Shown: piece by piece, positions 18,721 to 27,922 of the stretch | Layout: each line of letters starts with the position of its first letter | How positions within the stretch are numbered: the first letter of the stretch is position 1 | Virus record (IMG/VR): IMGVR_UViG_3300020112_002303 | Span: 1 to 64,000 of that record | Strand: one strand, 5' to 3' | Origin: a virus | Taxonomy: Duplodnaviria; Caudoviricetes | Length of the DNA: 64,000 nucleotides | Position numbers and translations under genes: made by a program | Notes under the pieces: model-generated | Database searches by the model: none | What the model was told of the DNA's origin: nothing | The model's input: only the letters and a program-made list of their open reading frames with translations

Positions 18721-20349
18721 TTGCACTTGAAACAGAATACGATTAAAATAAAACCCTCCGAGTTTGCGGAGTTGGTTTTCAATCTTGATGGTGCACCATT
18801 TAGACTTGGACCTCGTAGATATCTGTTACCTATTTATGATGCCGATATAGAAGAGGGTATAATAATGTCAGGCAGACAGGTAGAAAAATCTACCACAAAT
18901 GCAACTAAAATGGGGACGCATACATTAATGCAAAAAAACTTTAAAGCATTATATGTTGCTCCTCAAAATGCTCAAGTTAAAGAATTTTCTCGTGAACGAA
19001 TCGGAAAATTCTATGATTTTAGTCAAAATGACATTGTAAATAAAGAATACAGAAACACTAGGTATGATTTAAACAATGTTTCCATGAAGCAGTTTTCTAA
19101 AGTTAATTCAATAAATTATTTTAGACATTGTTACGAAATGGGCGATAACATTCGTGGTATAACTGCCAACGGTATATGGTTTGACGAAGTTCAAGACATA
19201 AATGTTGATGCTATCCCGGTAGTAAAAGAATGCCAAGCTCACGCTCTCGATACTGGTTCGAGAACGAGGGTAACATGGTATACTGGAACGCCGAAAACAT
19301 TCAGCAACACAATACAACAATATTACGAAAGAAGTACTCAAAATGAATGGGTAATAAAATGTGAACATTGTGGAACACAGCAAATCTTAGGCGTAAAAAA
19401 TCTTACACCAACAAAATTCATCTGCAGAAAATGCGGCATGGAATTAACAAAAGAAATGATAGCAAATGGCAGATGGTATAGTTTAGCGCCTAATAATGCC
19501 ATTCAGGGATTTAGAATTTCTCAGATGATGGTTCCATGGTCTCAACCAAAAGATTTATGGGCAAAATATGAAACTTATTCTAAGGGCAAGTTTTATAACG
19601 AGGTTCTTGGAAGAAGCTACGAAGACGCTCAAAAACCATTAAATATGCCGTTGCTATTATCTATATGCGATAATGACTTTATTCTTTCAGAAGCACTACC
19701 CCCGGAATACAACAACAGGAAGACCTATATGGGTGTAGACTGGGGTACAGGAGGAAAGTCATATACGATAGCAGAGGTTTATGGTGAAGATCAGTATGGT
19801 AATTTAAGATTGTTATTCGCCAAAAAATTTGCCATTGGAGATGAAACCGAGCCGGATTACCAGGTTCAATATATATCACAGCTTATGCATATATTTAGGG
19901 TAAATAAATGCGTTCTCGACTGGGGTTTCGGTTTTGTTCAAAATAAAGATCTTGTAAGAATGTTCGGAAAAAGAATGGAAATCTGTTATTATTCAGCATC
20001 TCAAAATAAAGCAAGAAAATATAACGTAGATAAGGGATTTTGGACTGTAAATAGAACAGAAATGATATCAACCTACTTAAAAGATATAAAAGAGCACAGA
20101 ATTATTTGGCCGGGAAGAAGCAAAGACCAAATAGACTTTATGTTCGATCATCATTTGGCAGAATTGTCAGAATACAGAAAGTCATTAAATGGAAAATCGG
20201 AAGAATTATTTTATTTTCATTCCGAATCCACTCCAGATGACGCACTTCATGCCGGGGTTTATGCAAAATTAGCATGTATACTTGATAGGGAAAGTACAAA
20301 TAATTCATATAGTTTTTCCGGTGTTTACATGCCAAATGAAGATTTTTAA
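18721..20349 (+). CDS. terL: terminase large subunit (gpA-like)
   Basis: GRQVEKST Walker A, WFDE Walker B, TGTP, CxxC..CxxC, GVDWG and DDALHA nuclease motifs. Confidence 0.9.
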   Translation: MHLKQNTIKIKPSEFAELVFNLDGAPFRLGPRRYLLPIYDADIEEGIIMSGRQVEKSTTNATKMGTHTLMQKNFKALYVAPQNAQVKEFSRERIGKFYDFSQNDIVNKEYRNTRYDLNNVSMKQFSKVNSINYFRHCYEMGDNIRGITANGIWFDEVQDINVDAIPVVKECQAHALDTGSRTRVTWYTGTPKTFSNTIQQYYERSTQNEWVIKCEHCGTQQILGVKNLTPTKFICRKCGMELTKEMIANGRWYSLAPNNAIQGFRISQMMVPWSQPKDLWAKYETYSKGKFYNEVLGRSYEDAQKPLNMPLLLSICDNDFILSEALPPEYNNRKTYMGVDWGTGGKSYTIAEVYGEDQYGNLRLLFAKKFAIGDETEPDYQVQYISQLMHIFRVNKCVLDWGFGFVQNKDLVRMFGKRMEICYYSASQNKARKYNVDKGFWTVNRTEMISTYLKDIKEHRIIWPGRSKDQIDFMFDHHLAELSEYRKSLNGKSEELFYFHSESTPDDALHAGVYAKLACILDRESTNNSYSFSGVYMPNEDF

Positions 20350-20358
20350 TAAAATATC

Positions 20359-20387
20359 TTGTATTTTATTGGCAAATAGAATATACT
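20359..20387 (+). promoter_or_regulatory. SigA-type promoter
   Basis: TTGTAT-17-TATACT. Confidence 0.55.
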
Positions 20388-20422
20388 ATACATAGTATAG
20401 TTAAATGAAAGGATGCGGTCAG

Positions 20423-21505
20423 ATGAGCACATTGCTCGAAGCTTTATCTAATGGATCTTATGATCTTCAAAACAGGAAAGATATGTCAACTACATTTTCT
20501 ATAGATTTGCCAAGATATAGAGATGAAATTGTAAGTAAATATCTTAACGATGAAAATATCGACATTAATAAAGAAATTCTTAACTTGGCGAAAGCAAAAA
20601 GTCTTAATGATGATCAGATAAAACGCGTAATAGAAAGTGTAAACAATCAAATATATTTGATTTGTTATAATCGTATGACCAATAAGCCTGAAAGGAATGT
20701 ATCATTTAACCTCGCAGACTTCAATAAGATTAAAGAAGAAAGCGAAAATAAAGACGATGCAAAAAAGACCGAAGATAAAAAGGCTTCCGAAGAAGAATCA
20801 ACTTTAGAAAAATCAGCATCTTATCAAGAATACGATGACACATTTGGATTTTTCTTAAGAGACAGAATCGGTGGTCCTCTCGGAGAAAGTGCTGCACCGG
20901 ATAGAAACGCCGATTTTTATAAGCATGCCGCCGAAAGAATTCTTTCTGATTACGAAAAACTATCTTCAAAAGAAGAAAAATATGCAAGCTATATTTTTGA
21001 CGATGCAAGAACTATCGGAGAAGCATTCGTTGAGTATATGAAAAAGAAGGCTAATGTTCAAGAGATTTTCGATGAAATGACAAAGAAAGCAGGAATGAAT
21101 AAGAAATACCAAGATTTCTTAATTGCTTCATGTAATTCGGTTGTCGATGATTATAAAAAAGAACACCGCCTACCTAAACAAGCATCAATTAAACTTGCAA
21201 GCGATAATAATAAGGATATTGAAAAGTTTACACTTGGAAAATATTCTTTGTCAAAAGTTGCATCTTTTGTAGAATGCCCGAATGTTTATGTTAACGGAAG
21301 AAATGTTTCAAATATCGGATCATTAATAAAAATTGCAACGGATATCGTTGATAATTACAATATTCTTTCGGAGACAAAAAAGCAAAAGAAAGCGTTAATG
21401 TCAAAAATTTCAAAAGAAAATCTTGACATTGACGGAATAAAGAAGATGGCAGAATGCGGAAGAGCATGGGTAAATAATATCCTTGACAATAAAAACTCAA
21501 AATAA
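20423..21505 (+). CDS. putative head/core protein rich in KxA sites
   Basis: KKAS, EKSAS, EKYAS, KQAS, KVAS, KIAT, KMAE; lies between TerL and portal. Confidence 0.6.
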   Translation: MSTLLEALSNGSYDLQNRKDMSTTFSIDLPRYRDEIVSKYLNDENIDINKEILNLAKAKSLNDDQIKRVIESVNNQIYLICYNRMTNKPERNVSFNLADFNKIKEESENKDDAKKTEDKKASEEESTLEKSASYQEYDDTFGFFLRDRIGGPLGESAAPDRNADFYKHAAERILSDYEKLSSKEEKYASYIFDDARTIGEAFVEYMKKKANVQEIFDEMTKKAGMNKKYQDFLIASCNSVVDDYKKEHRLPKQASIKLASDNNKDIEKFTLGKYSLSKVASFVECPNVYVNGRNVSNIGSLIKIATDIVDNYNILSETKKQKKALMSKISKENLDIDGIKKMAECGRAWVNNILDNKNSK

Positions 21506-21539
21506 TAATATTGCATTTTTTATGAAAATGTAATATTAT
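21483..21539 (+). promoter_or_regulatory. tandem SigA-type promoters
   Basis: TTGACA-17-TAATAT and TTGCAT-17-TATTAT. Confidence 0.6.
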
Positions 21540-21584
21540 ATATTTATAAAAAATTTTATTAAAAACAAAAAGGAGTATTTTGTT

Positions 21585-22169
21585 ATGAGTAAGTATAATG
21601 AACTTATTGAAAAGTGGGCAGAGGAAATGGTTGATGAAGCAGATGTTGCTGATGTTGACAATATTTCCGAAGACGAAGAAATGACCGCAGCAGAAGCAGC
21701 TGAAATTCTCGGCGAAGAATATGAAAATGTTTCCGATGTTATGGATCAAGCTCTTGCAGCCATGAAGGAAGCAGAAGAATATTTTGATGCCGCTGAAGAA
21801 GTAAGCAAGGAAGCAGAAGAGCAGTATGAAGCAGCTCAAGAGTATCTTGAGGATGCTGAAAAGAGAGCTTGTGCTTGCGAAGAAGTTTGCGATGCTATTG
21901 ATGAAGAAGGTCTTGATATCGAGGCCGACGAAGTTTCTGCTTATCTCGAAAAGACAGCATCTGTTTACAGTTCTGCATCAGAAGATATGGATACTTCATT
22001 GTCAATGATGAAGGAAGCTTCTGATAATTTTGATTCAGCAGAATCAGTAAAAGAGGCAGCTATTGAGCAGTACAACGAAGCAATGGAAATTCTTGAGAGT
22101 GCTGAAAAGTACGCTTGCGAATTAGAAGCTGCAGCAGAAGAATTATACGACTCTGTATCTGAAGAGTAA
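21585..22169 (+). CDS. very acidic coiled-coil protein, putative scaffold/core
   Basis: E/D/A-rich, internal duplication, many KxA sites, own promoter and terminator. Confidence 0.65.
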   Translation: MSKYNELIEKWAEEMVDEADVADVDNISEDEEMTAAEAAEILGEEYENVSDVMDQALAAMKEAEEYFDAAEEVSKEAEEQYEAAQEYLEDAEKRACACEEVCDAIDEEGLDIEADEVSAYLEKTASVYSSASEDMDTSLSMMKEASDNFDSAESVKEAAIEQYNEAMEILESAEKYACELEAAAEELYDSVSEE

Positions 22170-22187
22170 TTTTTAAACAGAGCACTT

Positions 22188-22228
22188 TATTGAGGCGAGA
22201 GTATTTGGTGCTTTCGCCTCAATTTTTT
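22188..22228 (+). terminator. intrinsic terminator
   Basis: ATTGAGGCGAGA...TTTCGCCTCAAT + T tract. Confidence 0.75.
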
Positions 22229-22241
22229 AAGGAGAATAGTT

Positions 22242-23636
22242 ATGGGACAAATACCAAGTACTGGAATAGTTAATCGTGCAATGGGGACATTAAATGTCAT
22301 CGGTGAAACAAAAAATGCTATAGCGGCTCCAAAGAAAAAAGAAGAAGAAAAATTGGAGACTTGTAATATGGCAAGAGCTAATAAATATTACAGACAATCG
22401 ATTGCAAGTCAGTCTGAATATAATATGGAGAAGCAAGCAAAAAAAATACAGATAAAAGCTCTCGGAGGAAAAGCATACAGTGCTGCTGTTAGAGGAGCAA
22501 ATTCTTACGACCAAAAAACTTTAAATTATCTTCATGGTACAGGTGCCGGAGATAAAGCAAAGGGAATAGGTATGGCAACTGCGGCAACAGCTATCAATTT
22601 AGTACCTGCCATTCTTACCACTGCCGCCGCAAAGAAGATAGAGAGAAAAAGGTATGAAAAAGAACTCGAAAAAAATCCTAATGCAACAGAAAATAAAGTA
22701 TATCCTTATATTTTAGGTGCAACGGTTGCAGCACCAACAATAGCGTCAATGATTGCTAATAAGTCTTTTGTGGCGCCGTTAAGGGTGACAAAAAATGCTT
22801 TGTTTGATTCAAAAGCCGATATTATTTTAGATTCGCTTGGTGGCACCAGAGATTCTGCAGCAGTTATAAATTCAATTAAAACTGTTAATAAAGGCAGAAA
22901 AGATGCGGTAAATGACATCATCAATGAAGCAAAGAAAGAAAAAAAGAGAGCAGCAATTTCTTTAAGCAAAACTTTAAATAGCGAACATGACCCCGAGAAG
23001 AAAAAAGAGATCGTTAAAAAATTAAAGAGGCTTGGAGAAAACACTGGAAACGTATCAAAGTTTGCCTATTCTTCTTTTGAAGGAGAAGAAAAAGAGGCAG
23101 GAATAGTTGATAATGTAAAAAATACAGCATCAAAGTTTAAACCTGCTAATATTGTAAAATCCGTAAAGAATTTTAAGGTTCCGATTCCTACCGTAAACGG
23201 ACAGAACTTTAAAGACAAAATGAGCAAGAATAAGAGAAGTATAGCGAAAGATATAGTAGTTGGCTCATCGTTAGCTATGCTCCCCGCTGCAATAAAGGGA
23301 TTATCTCGAAGAGATTTGAAAAACGGCTGGAGAATAGACGAGGACTTTGAAGAGCAAAACGAAAAAGAAGCAGCTTTTAAAATTCCAACAAAAAGAGTAG
23401 ATATCTCTGGCGGACTCGCAGACTTTACTACCGGCGCAGCTATAATGTTAGGTTCGAGCATGGTTCCTGCAGCCGTAATGAAAATAACAAAAAGAAATCC
23501 TTATAATGCTTTTGAAAAAATAAAAACAAAAGAGAAAAATCAAAAGTTAATTAATGAACCGGTTGAAGAAAATCCGACAAATACTAATAATAATTTGAAC
23601 GCTAAAAAGGCGGAAATGTTAAAAGAAGCAAAATAA
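22242..23636 (+). CDS. putative internal-head polyprotein with several hydrophobic helices
   Basis: EKQA, KFAYSSFEGEEKEA and EKEA linkers separate basic modules with TM-like helices. Confidence 0.6.
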   Translation: MGQIPSTGIVNRAMGTLNVIGETKNAIAAPKKKEEEKLETCNMARANKYYRQSIASQSEYNMEKQAKKIQIKALGGKAYSAAVRGANSYDQKTLNYLHGTGAGDKAKGIGMATAATAINLVPAILTTAAAKKIERKRYEKELEKNPNATENKVYPYILGATVAAPTIASMIANKSFVAPLRVTKNALFDSKADIILDSLGGTRDSAAVINSIKTVNKGRKDAVNDIINEAKKEKKRAAISLSKTLNSEHDPEKKKEIVKKLKRLGENTGNVSKFAYSSFEGEEKEAGIVDNVKNTASKFKPANIVKSVKNFKVPIPTVNGQNFKDKMSKNKRSIAKDIVVGSSLAMLPAAIKGLSRRDLKNGWRIDEDFEEQNEKEAAFKIPTKRVDISGGLADFTTGAAIMLGSSMVPAAVMKITKRNPYNAFEKIKTKEKNQKLINEPVEENPTNTNNNLNAKKAEMLKEAK

Positions 23637-23639
23637 TTC

Positions 23640-23668
23640 TTTACAATAAGAGCAAAATGTTATAAAAT
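23640..23668 (+). promoter_or_regulatory. SigA-type promoter
   Basis: TTTACA-17-TAAAAT. Confidence 0.55.
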
Positions 23669-23700
23669 AAAGAAAAACAATAAGGACAGGAGTTTTTAAT

Positions 23701-23820
23701 ATGGATCAAAATTCTTATGCAGGACACCCCGGATTTATGCCTTTTACAAAAGCTAATGTTAAAATCAATAAAGATAATAAGGCAGATAGCAATAGTAAAG
23801 ATAAAAAGTCCGAAAAGTAA
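23701..23820 (+). CDS. small hypothetical protein, 39 aa
   Basis: CAGGAG RBS; MDQNSYAGHPGFMPF... Confidence 0.45.
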   Translation: MDQNSYAGHPGFMPFTKANVKINKDNKADSNSKDKKSEK

Positions 23821-23837
23821 CATCAAATAATTAAACA

Positions 23838-25658
23838 ATGGAGGCGGTAGGGCGTAATATTTTATGTCCTACCGAAATTTTTATGAATACAATGTCACAA
23901 TTAAACATCAATACTCCGGATATGTATCCACCTTCCCACAAAATGGAAGATGCCGCACGTTATCCAAACAAAAAATTAAATTTTGGGGTAGGGCCAGGAA
24001 TAGCAATAGGGTCCCTATTAGGATTAAATAACTGGTTAAAGAAAAAACAAAGACAGGAAGAAATAGATAGCCTTCCCGTCTATCCTGTTATGCCTAAAGA
24101 GAAGAAGCAACCGAAAGTTAAAAGTCCTTTTTTAACATCAGGTAATCTTTATAAAGACATTGATAAATTATCAAAAAATCTGTCAGTAGAAATTACCCCT
24201 ATAGGCGTTTCGTGTTACATGAAAGCCAACGGTATGGTGACTAATTTTGAAAATATAGAAATGTCTCAAATGGATGACACAATGCTTTCTTATTGGAAAA
24301 ACAAGGATAAGGGGTATTTTAAAAATCTTATATTGCTAAAAATTTATTCGGAGGCAAAGATAGCAGAGCAAGTTTTTGCCGAAAAAATGATAAGAAAAAT
24401 ATCATACGGAAAGACTGCGAGTGAAATTCTTGATGATAATTGTTCTTTTGTTGATATTGAAAACATTGTTTTTGCAATAAAAAACAAAATAGATGATGCT
24501 ACCGTTGAAAGATTTGAAAAAATAGCAGAAGACATAGATTGTTCTGAAGACGATTATGAAATAAGTCTTGATTTACCAGGAGGATTTTCGGATTATTCCG
24601 AGCTTGTCGATGGTATTGGCGAAGAAAAATTATGTTTTTTTGAAGCAGGCAACAAAAAAGAAAATAAATACTTTGACCCATCTTTCTTAAAGAAAAATGT
24701 AAAAGTTGGCTTTATGCCAGATAGAGTTATTTTCGTTTCTAAGAATGTGCTTCTTGGAACTCTCCCAACCCTCAACATGAATGAGGACGGATATGAACAT
24801 TTTCAAGATAAAGACAAGAAATATTTCAAGGACTTTTTTATTCAAGAATCCAAAAAAGGAATATCCGAAATGAACAAAAATGCAGAAGAGTTATTAGAAA
24901 GCGCTGATACTTCTGATATTTTTGAATTATCAACAATTCATCCGTTAGTATATAAAGCTGTCCTTGATAAAAAATACGGTAAACAATGGGTAAACTTTGA
25001 TTCTTACGCAACAGTAAGAATCATAGAAAAAGACTTCTTGCAAGGTCGACAAATTAACGATATAGCATTAAATAAAATTATTGCCATACAAACTGTTAAT
25101 GCTCCAGAAAATATAATATTTACGAACCACCATGCGTTTGAAAAAGCAGTTAGATGTTTTACTGATAAGCCGATAGATTTTTTACGAAGAGAAAACGAAG
25201 ATCTTGACATTTCAGATTTTGTTTTTGCTATTGACATCATTCAAAGATCTATGTATGACGGTTCTGATGTATATCAAAAATTTTCAGCAGAAGTTATTCA
25301 ATACATAGCCGATGTTCTTGCAAAAAAAGAAATATACACCTATGAACCAATGGAAAACAAAAAGACATCAATGGAACCCGCATTTTGTGCGCTGCTAAAT
25401 TTGTCAATAGAACGCAGTTTAATAAAAAGATTTACCGAATCTTCATCTTCCGAAACAGATAAAGAAAAGATTTCTAATAAAGTAAGAAAAACTATAGATG
25501 TTATTCAATCAAGTCTTGAAAAAGGAACAGCACCTGAAGACGCAACTGATATAGAACGCATCCAAATAAAATTACAAGTGGCAGTTAACGATTTTATAAA
25601 AAACAAAAACGAGCTACTTAAAAAACAGAAAACACTATATATCGAAAGTGGTGATTAA
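23838..25658 (+). CDS. putative head protein with internal domain duplication
   Basis: precedes portal; KTAS, EKIA, KNA sites; repeated KN(L/V).V...KDK.YFK unit; start uncertain. Confidence 0.6.
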   Translation: MEAVGRNILCPTEIFMNTMSQLNINTPDMYPPSHKMEDAARYPNKKLNFGVGPGIAIGSLLGLNNWLKKKQRQEEIDSLPVYPVMPKEKKQPKVKSPFLTSGNLYKDIDKLSKNLSVEITPIGVSCYMKANGMVTNFENIEMSQMDDTMLSYWKNKDKGYFKNLILLKIYSEAKIAEQVFAEKMIRKISYGKTASEILDDNCSFVDIENIVFAIKNKIDDATVERFEKIAEDIDCSEDDYEISLDLPGGFSDYSELVDGIGEEKLCFFEAGNKKENKYFDPSFLKKNVKVGFMPDRVIFVSKNVLLGTLPTLNMNEDGYEHFQDKDKKYFKDFFIQESKKGISEMNKNAEELLESADTSDIFELSTIHPLVYKAVLDKKYGKQWVNFDSYATVRIIEKDFLQGRQINDIALNKIIAIQTVNAPENIIFTNHHAFEKAVRCFTDKPIDFLRRENEDLDISDFVFAIDIIQRSMYDGSDVYQKFSAEVIQYIADVLAKKEIYTYEPMENKKTSMEPAFCALLNLSIERSLIKRFTESSSSETDKEKISNKVRKTIDVIQSSLEKGTAPEDATDIERIQIKLQVAVNDFIKNKNELLKKQKTLYIESGD

Positions 25659-25661
25659 CAG

Positions 25662-27668
25662 ATGGATAACAAAAACAATGAAACATCTCTCGGTAAAGAC
25701 GTATCCGAATTAGGAGTATATACTCTTGGAAGTGATGAGGAAATAAAGAATGCGTCCGTTGATGAAGAAATGATTAACAAGGTTCTTGCAGCCAAAAAAG
25801 CATCCGTTGGGAATGCTATAGATGTTTCCGAATTAGAAAAAACAGCAGGTTTTGACGATAGCGGTATGTATGCCGGAACAATGGGTGTAAGAGGATCAGT
25901 ACAATCACCATATCCGTCACCGTTCCTCACTTTATCAGATTTAAAAATACCTAATTCTGCAACAGAAATATTCCAATGGTGCAAATATACATTTATGTTC
26001 GACCCACTTATTAGCGGTGCCATAAATGCATTGTCGACATTCCCTGTCACAGAAATATCGTTGGAAGATAAGAATACGGAAAAGTCTGAAAATGGAGATA
26101 AAACTAAAGACTCAGATACATTAAAGCTATATAATCGAGTATTATTTGAAAATCTCAATATTTATAAGATATTAGTTGATATCGGTATTGATTATTGGTT
26201 ATTTGGAAACTGTTTTATTTTCGGCGAATTATATACAAACCCCAACACAAAGCAAATAGAATGGAAGCGTATTACTCGTCTTGCGCCAGATAAAATGACT
26301 ATAGACTATAATCCGTCAACAGGAAATAAAACTTATCGTTGGACTGTTCCGGAAAGAATAAAACAAATAGTTCTTAATAAAAAACCGTTCGAAGAATATG
26401 AGCGTATACCAGATGCAATAAAAATCGCCGTAAGAGAAAGAAAAACTATCGTTTTAAATCCGGAGAACATATATCACTTCTCTCGTCCTTCGAACTCGAC
26501 AGGAAATGATACCGGATGGGGCACACCGGTAGTGGCAAATGTGCTTAAACTTATTATGTATAGAAATGTGCTAAGACAAGCACAGGAAGCTATTGCTCGT
26601 GAACACATAGTTCCTTTCAGGGCCTTTTATCTGAATCCTTCTCAAAATGCTAACCCGAATACTGACTGGGCTAACGTGGCAAAGAATTTCGCAGCAGAAC
26701 TTATGAAATCTGTTCGTGACCCTAACTACAAGTCGGTATCGCCTTTCCCGATAGGTATGGTTGAAGCTGGAGGAAACGGAAGAGCTCTTATGCTTACTTC
26801 TGAGATTGAACAAGTTCAAAATGAAATTCTTGCAGGAATGAACGTTCCAAGAGAATTTATTTTTGGTGGCGTAGGATATTCGGGCGGAAGTATAGCCTTA
26901 AAGATTCTTGAAAATAACTTTGCGACTTACAGATTGTTCCTTACTGACTTTATCAAAAATTTCCTGATAAAAGGAATGGCTAAAGCAAGAGGAGAGTGGT
27001 TAAGCGAAAAAGATGATGAAAATTTAATTACCGTAAGATTTTCTGACCTTAAAATGATGGATGATACTCAGAAAAAACAAATGGTAATAAATCTTAATCA
27101 AGCAGGCAAGGTAAGTGATGACCATCTTTGGCAGGAACTCGGAATAAATCCAGAGAAGATGAGAAAAATGCTTAAAGATGAACAGGTATCAAGAGTAAAA
27201 AATGAGCTTGAAATGCAAAAAGAACAATATAAGGCATCGCTTGATTTAAAGGTTTATCAAGCAAAATTATTCGAGGAATATGCGAAAAAATATCCTGATA
27301 TTTTTGGAGAACAAAACCCTGACATGACTAACCCGGAAATTCAACAAGATCAACAGGGTGATACACAACAACCACAACAAGCAGAAGAACAGCAACCTGT
27401 TGCTGAAGGTAATGCTCAAGATAATGTCGAACAAGAAAATCCGATACAATTATCGAGCGATGAATTGAATGTTGCGAATCAAATAAAAAATCTCAATAAA
27501 AATGAACAAGCAATTGTGTTTAACAAATTACCGAAACAGATTGCCCAAAAAATAATGGCATATCTTGAAGCAGAAAAAAATGCTCAAAAACAAGAAGATA
27601 AAACCAAAACGGATATGACTCCGTTACCTCTTCAAAAACCTCCTCGTAGAGAACAATTAAACGGATAG
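25662..27668 (+). CDS. portal protein
   Basis: DPLISGAI, DYWLFGNCF, NIYHF, GWGTP, LRQAQEAIA, EILAGMNVP; position in head operon. Confidence 0.8.
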   Translation: MDNKNNETSLGKDVSELGVYTLGSDEEIKNASVDEEMINKVLAAKKASVGNAIDVSELEKTAGFDDSGMYAGTMGVRGSVQSPYPSPFLTLSDLKIPNSATEIFQWCKYTFMFDPLISGAINALSTFPVTEISLEDKNTEKSENGDKTKDSDTLKLYNRVLFENLNIYKILVDIGIDYWLFGNCFIFGELYTNPNTKQIEWKRITRLAPDKMTIDYNPSTGNKTYRWTVPERIKQIVLNKKPFEEYERIPDAIKIAVRERKTIVLNPENIYHFSRPSNSTGNDTGWGTPVVANVLKLIMYRNVLRQAQEAIAREHIVPFRAFYLNPSQNANPNTDWANVAKNFAAELMKSVRDPNYKSVSPFPIGMVEAGGNGRALMLTSEIEQVQNEILAGMNVPREFIFGGVGYSGGSIALKILENNFATYRLFLTDFIKNFLIKGMAKARGEWLSEKDDENLITVRFSDLKMMDDTQKKQMVINLNQAGKVSDDHLWQELGINPEKMRKMLKDEQVSRVKNELEMQKEQYKASLDLKVYQAKLFEEYAKKYPDIFGEQNPDMTNPEIQQDQQGDTQQPQQAEEQQPVAEGNAQDNVEQENPIQLSSDELNVANQIKNLNKNEQAIVFNKLPKQIAQKIMAYLEAEKNAQKQEDKTKTDMTPLPLQKPPRREQLNG

Positions 27669-27676
27669 GTGATCAT

Positions 27677-27922
27677 ATGGACCAAGAAAAACAATATTAT
27701 TGTGAGACTCTCGTCTTCCCTGGGGACGAAAAAAATCTTGCGTATATTTACAACAATTTTTGCGAGGACATATATAAAGAAATGAAATCCCCAAGCAAAA
27801 CATTGTTAATACTTACAATAATGTTTAAATGTTTTCCTGAAGAATACGAAGAATATTTAAAAGAATGTCCCCATAAAACAACAGATGAAAAGGTAGGAAA
27901 TAATGATGACTTTGAATTCTAA
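27677..27922 (+). CDS. hypothetical protein coupled to RNAP gene
   Basis: AGGTGA RBS, overlaps RNAP start. Confidence 0.6.
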   Translation: MDQEKQYYCETLVFPGDEKNLAYIYNNFCEDIYKEMKSPSKTLLILTIMFKCFPEEYEEYLKECPHKTTDEKVGNNDDFEF

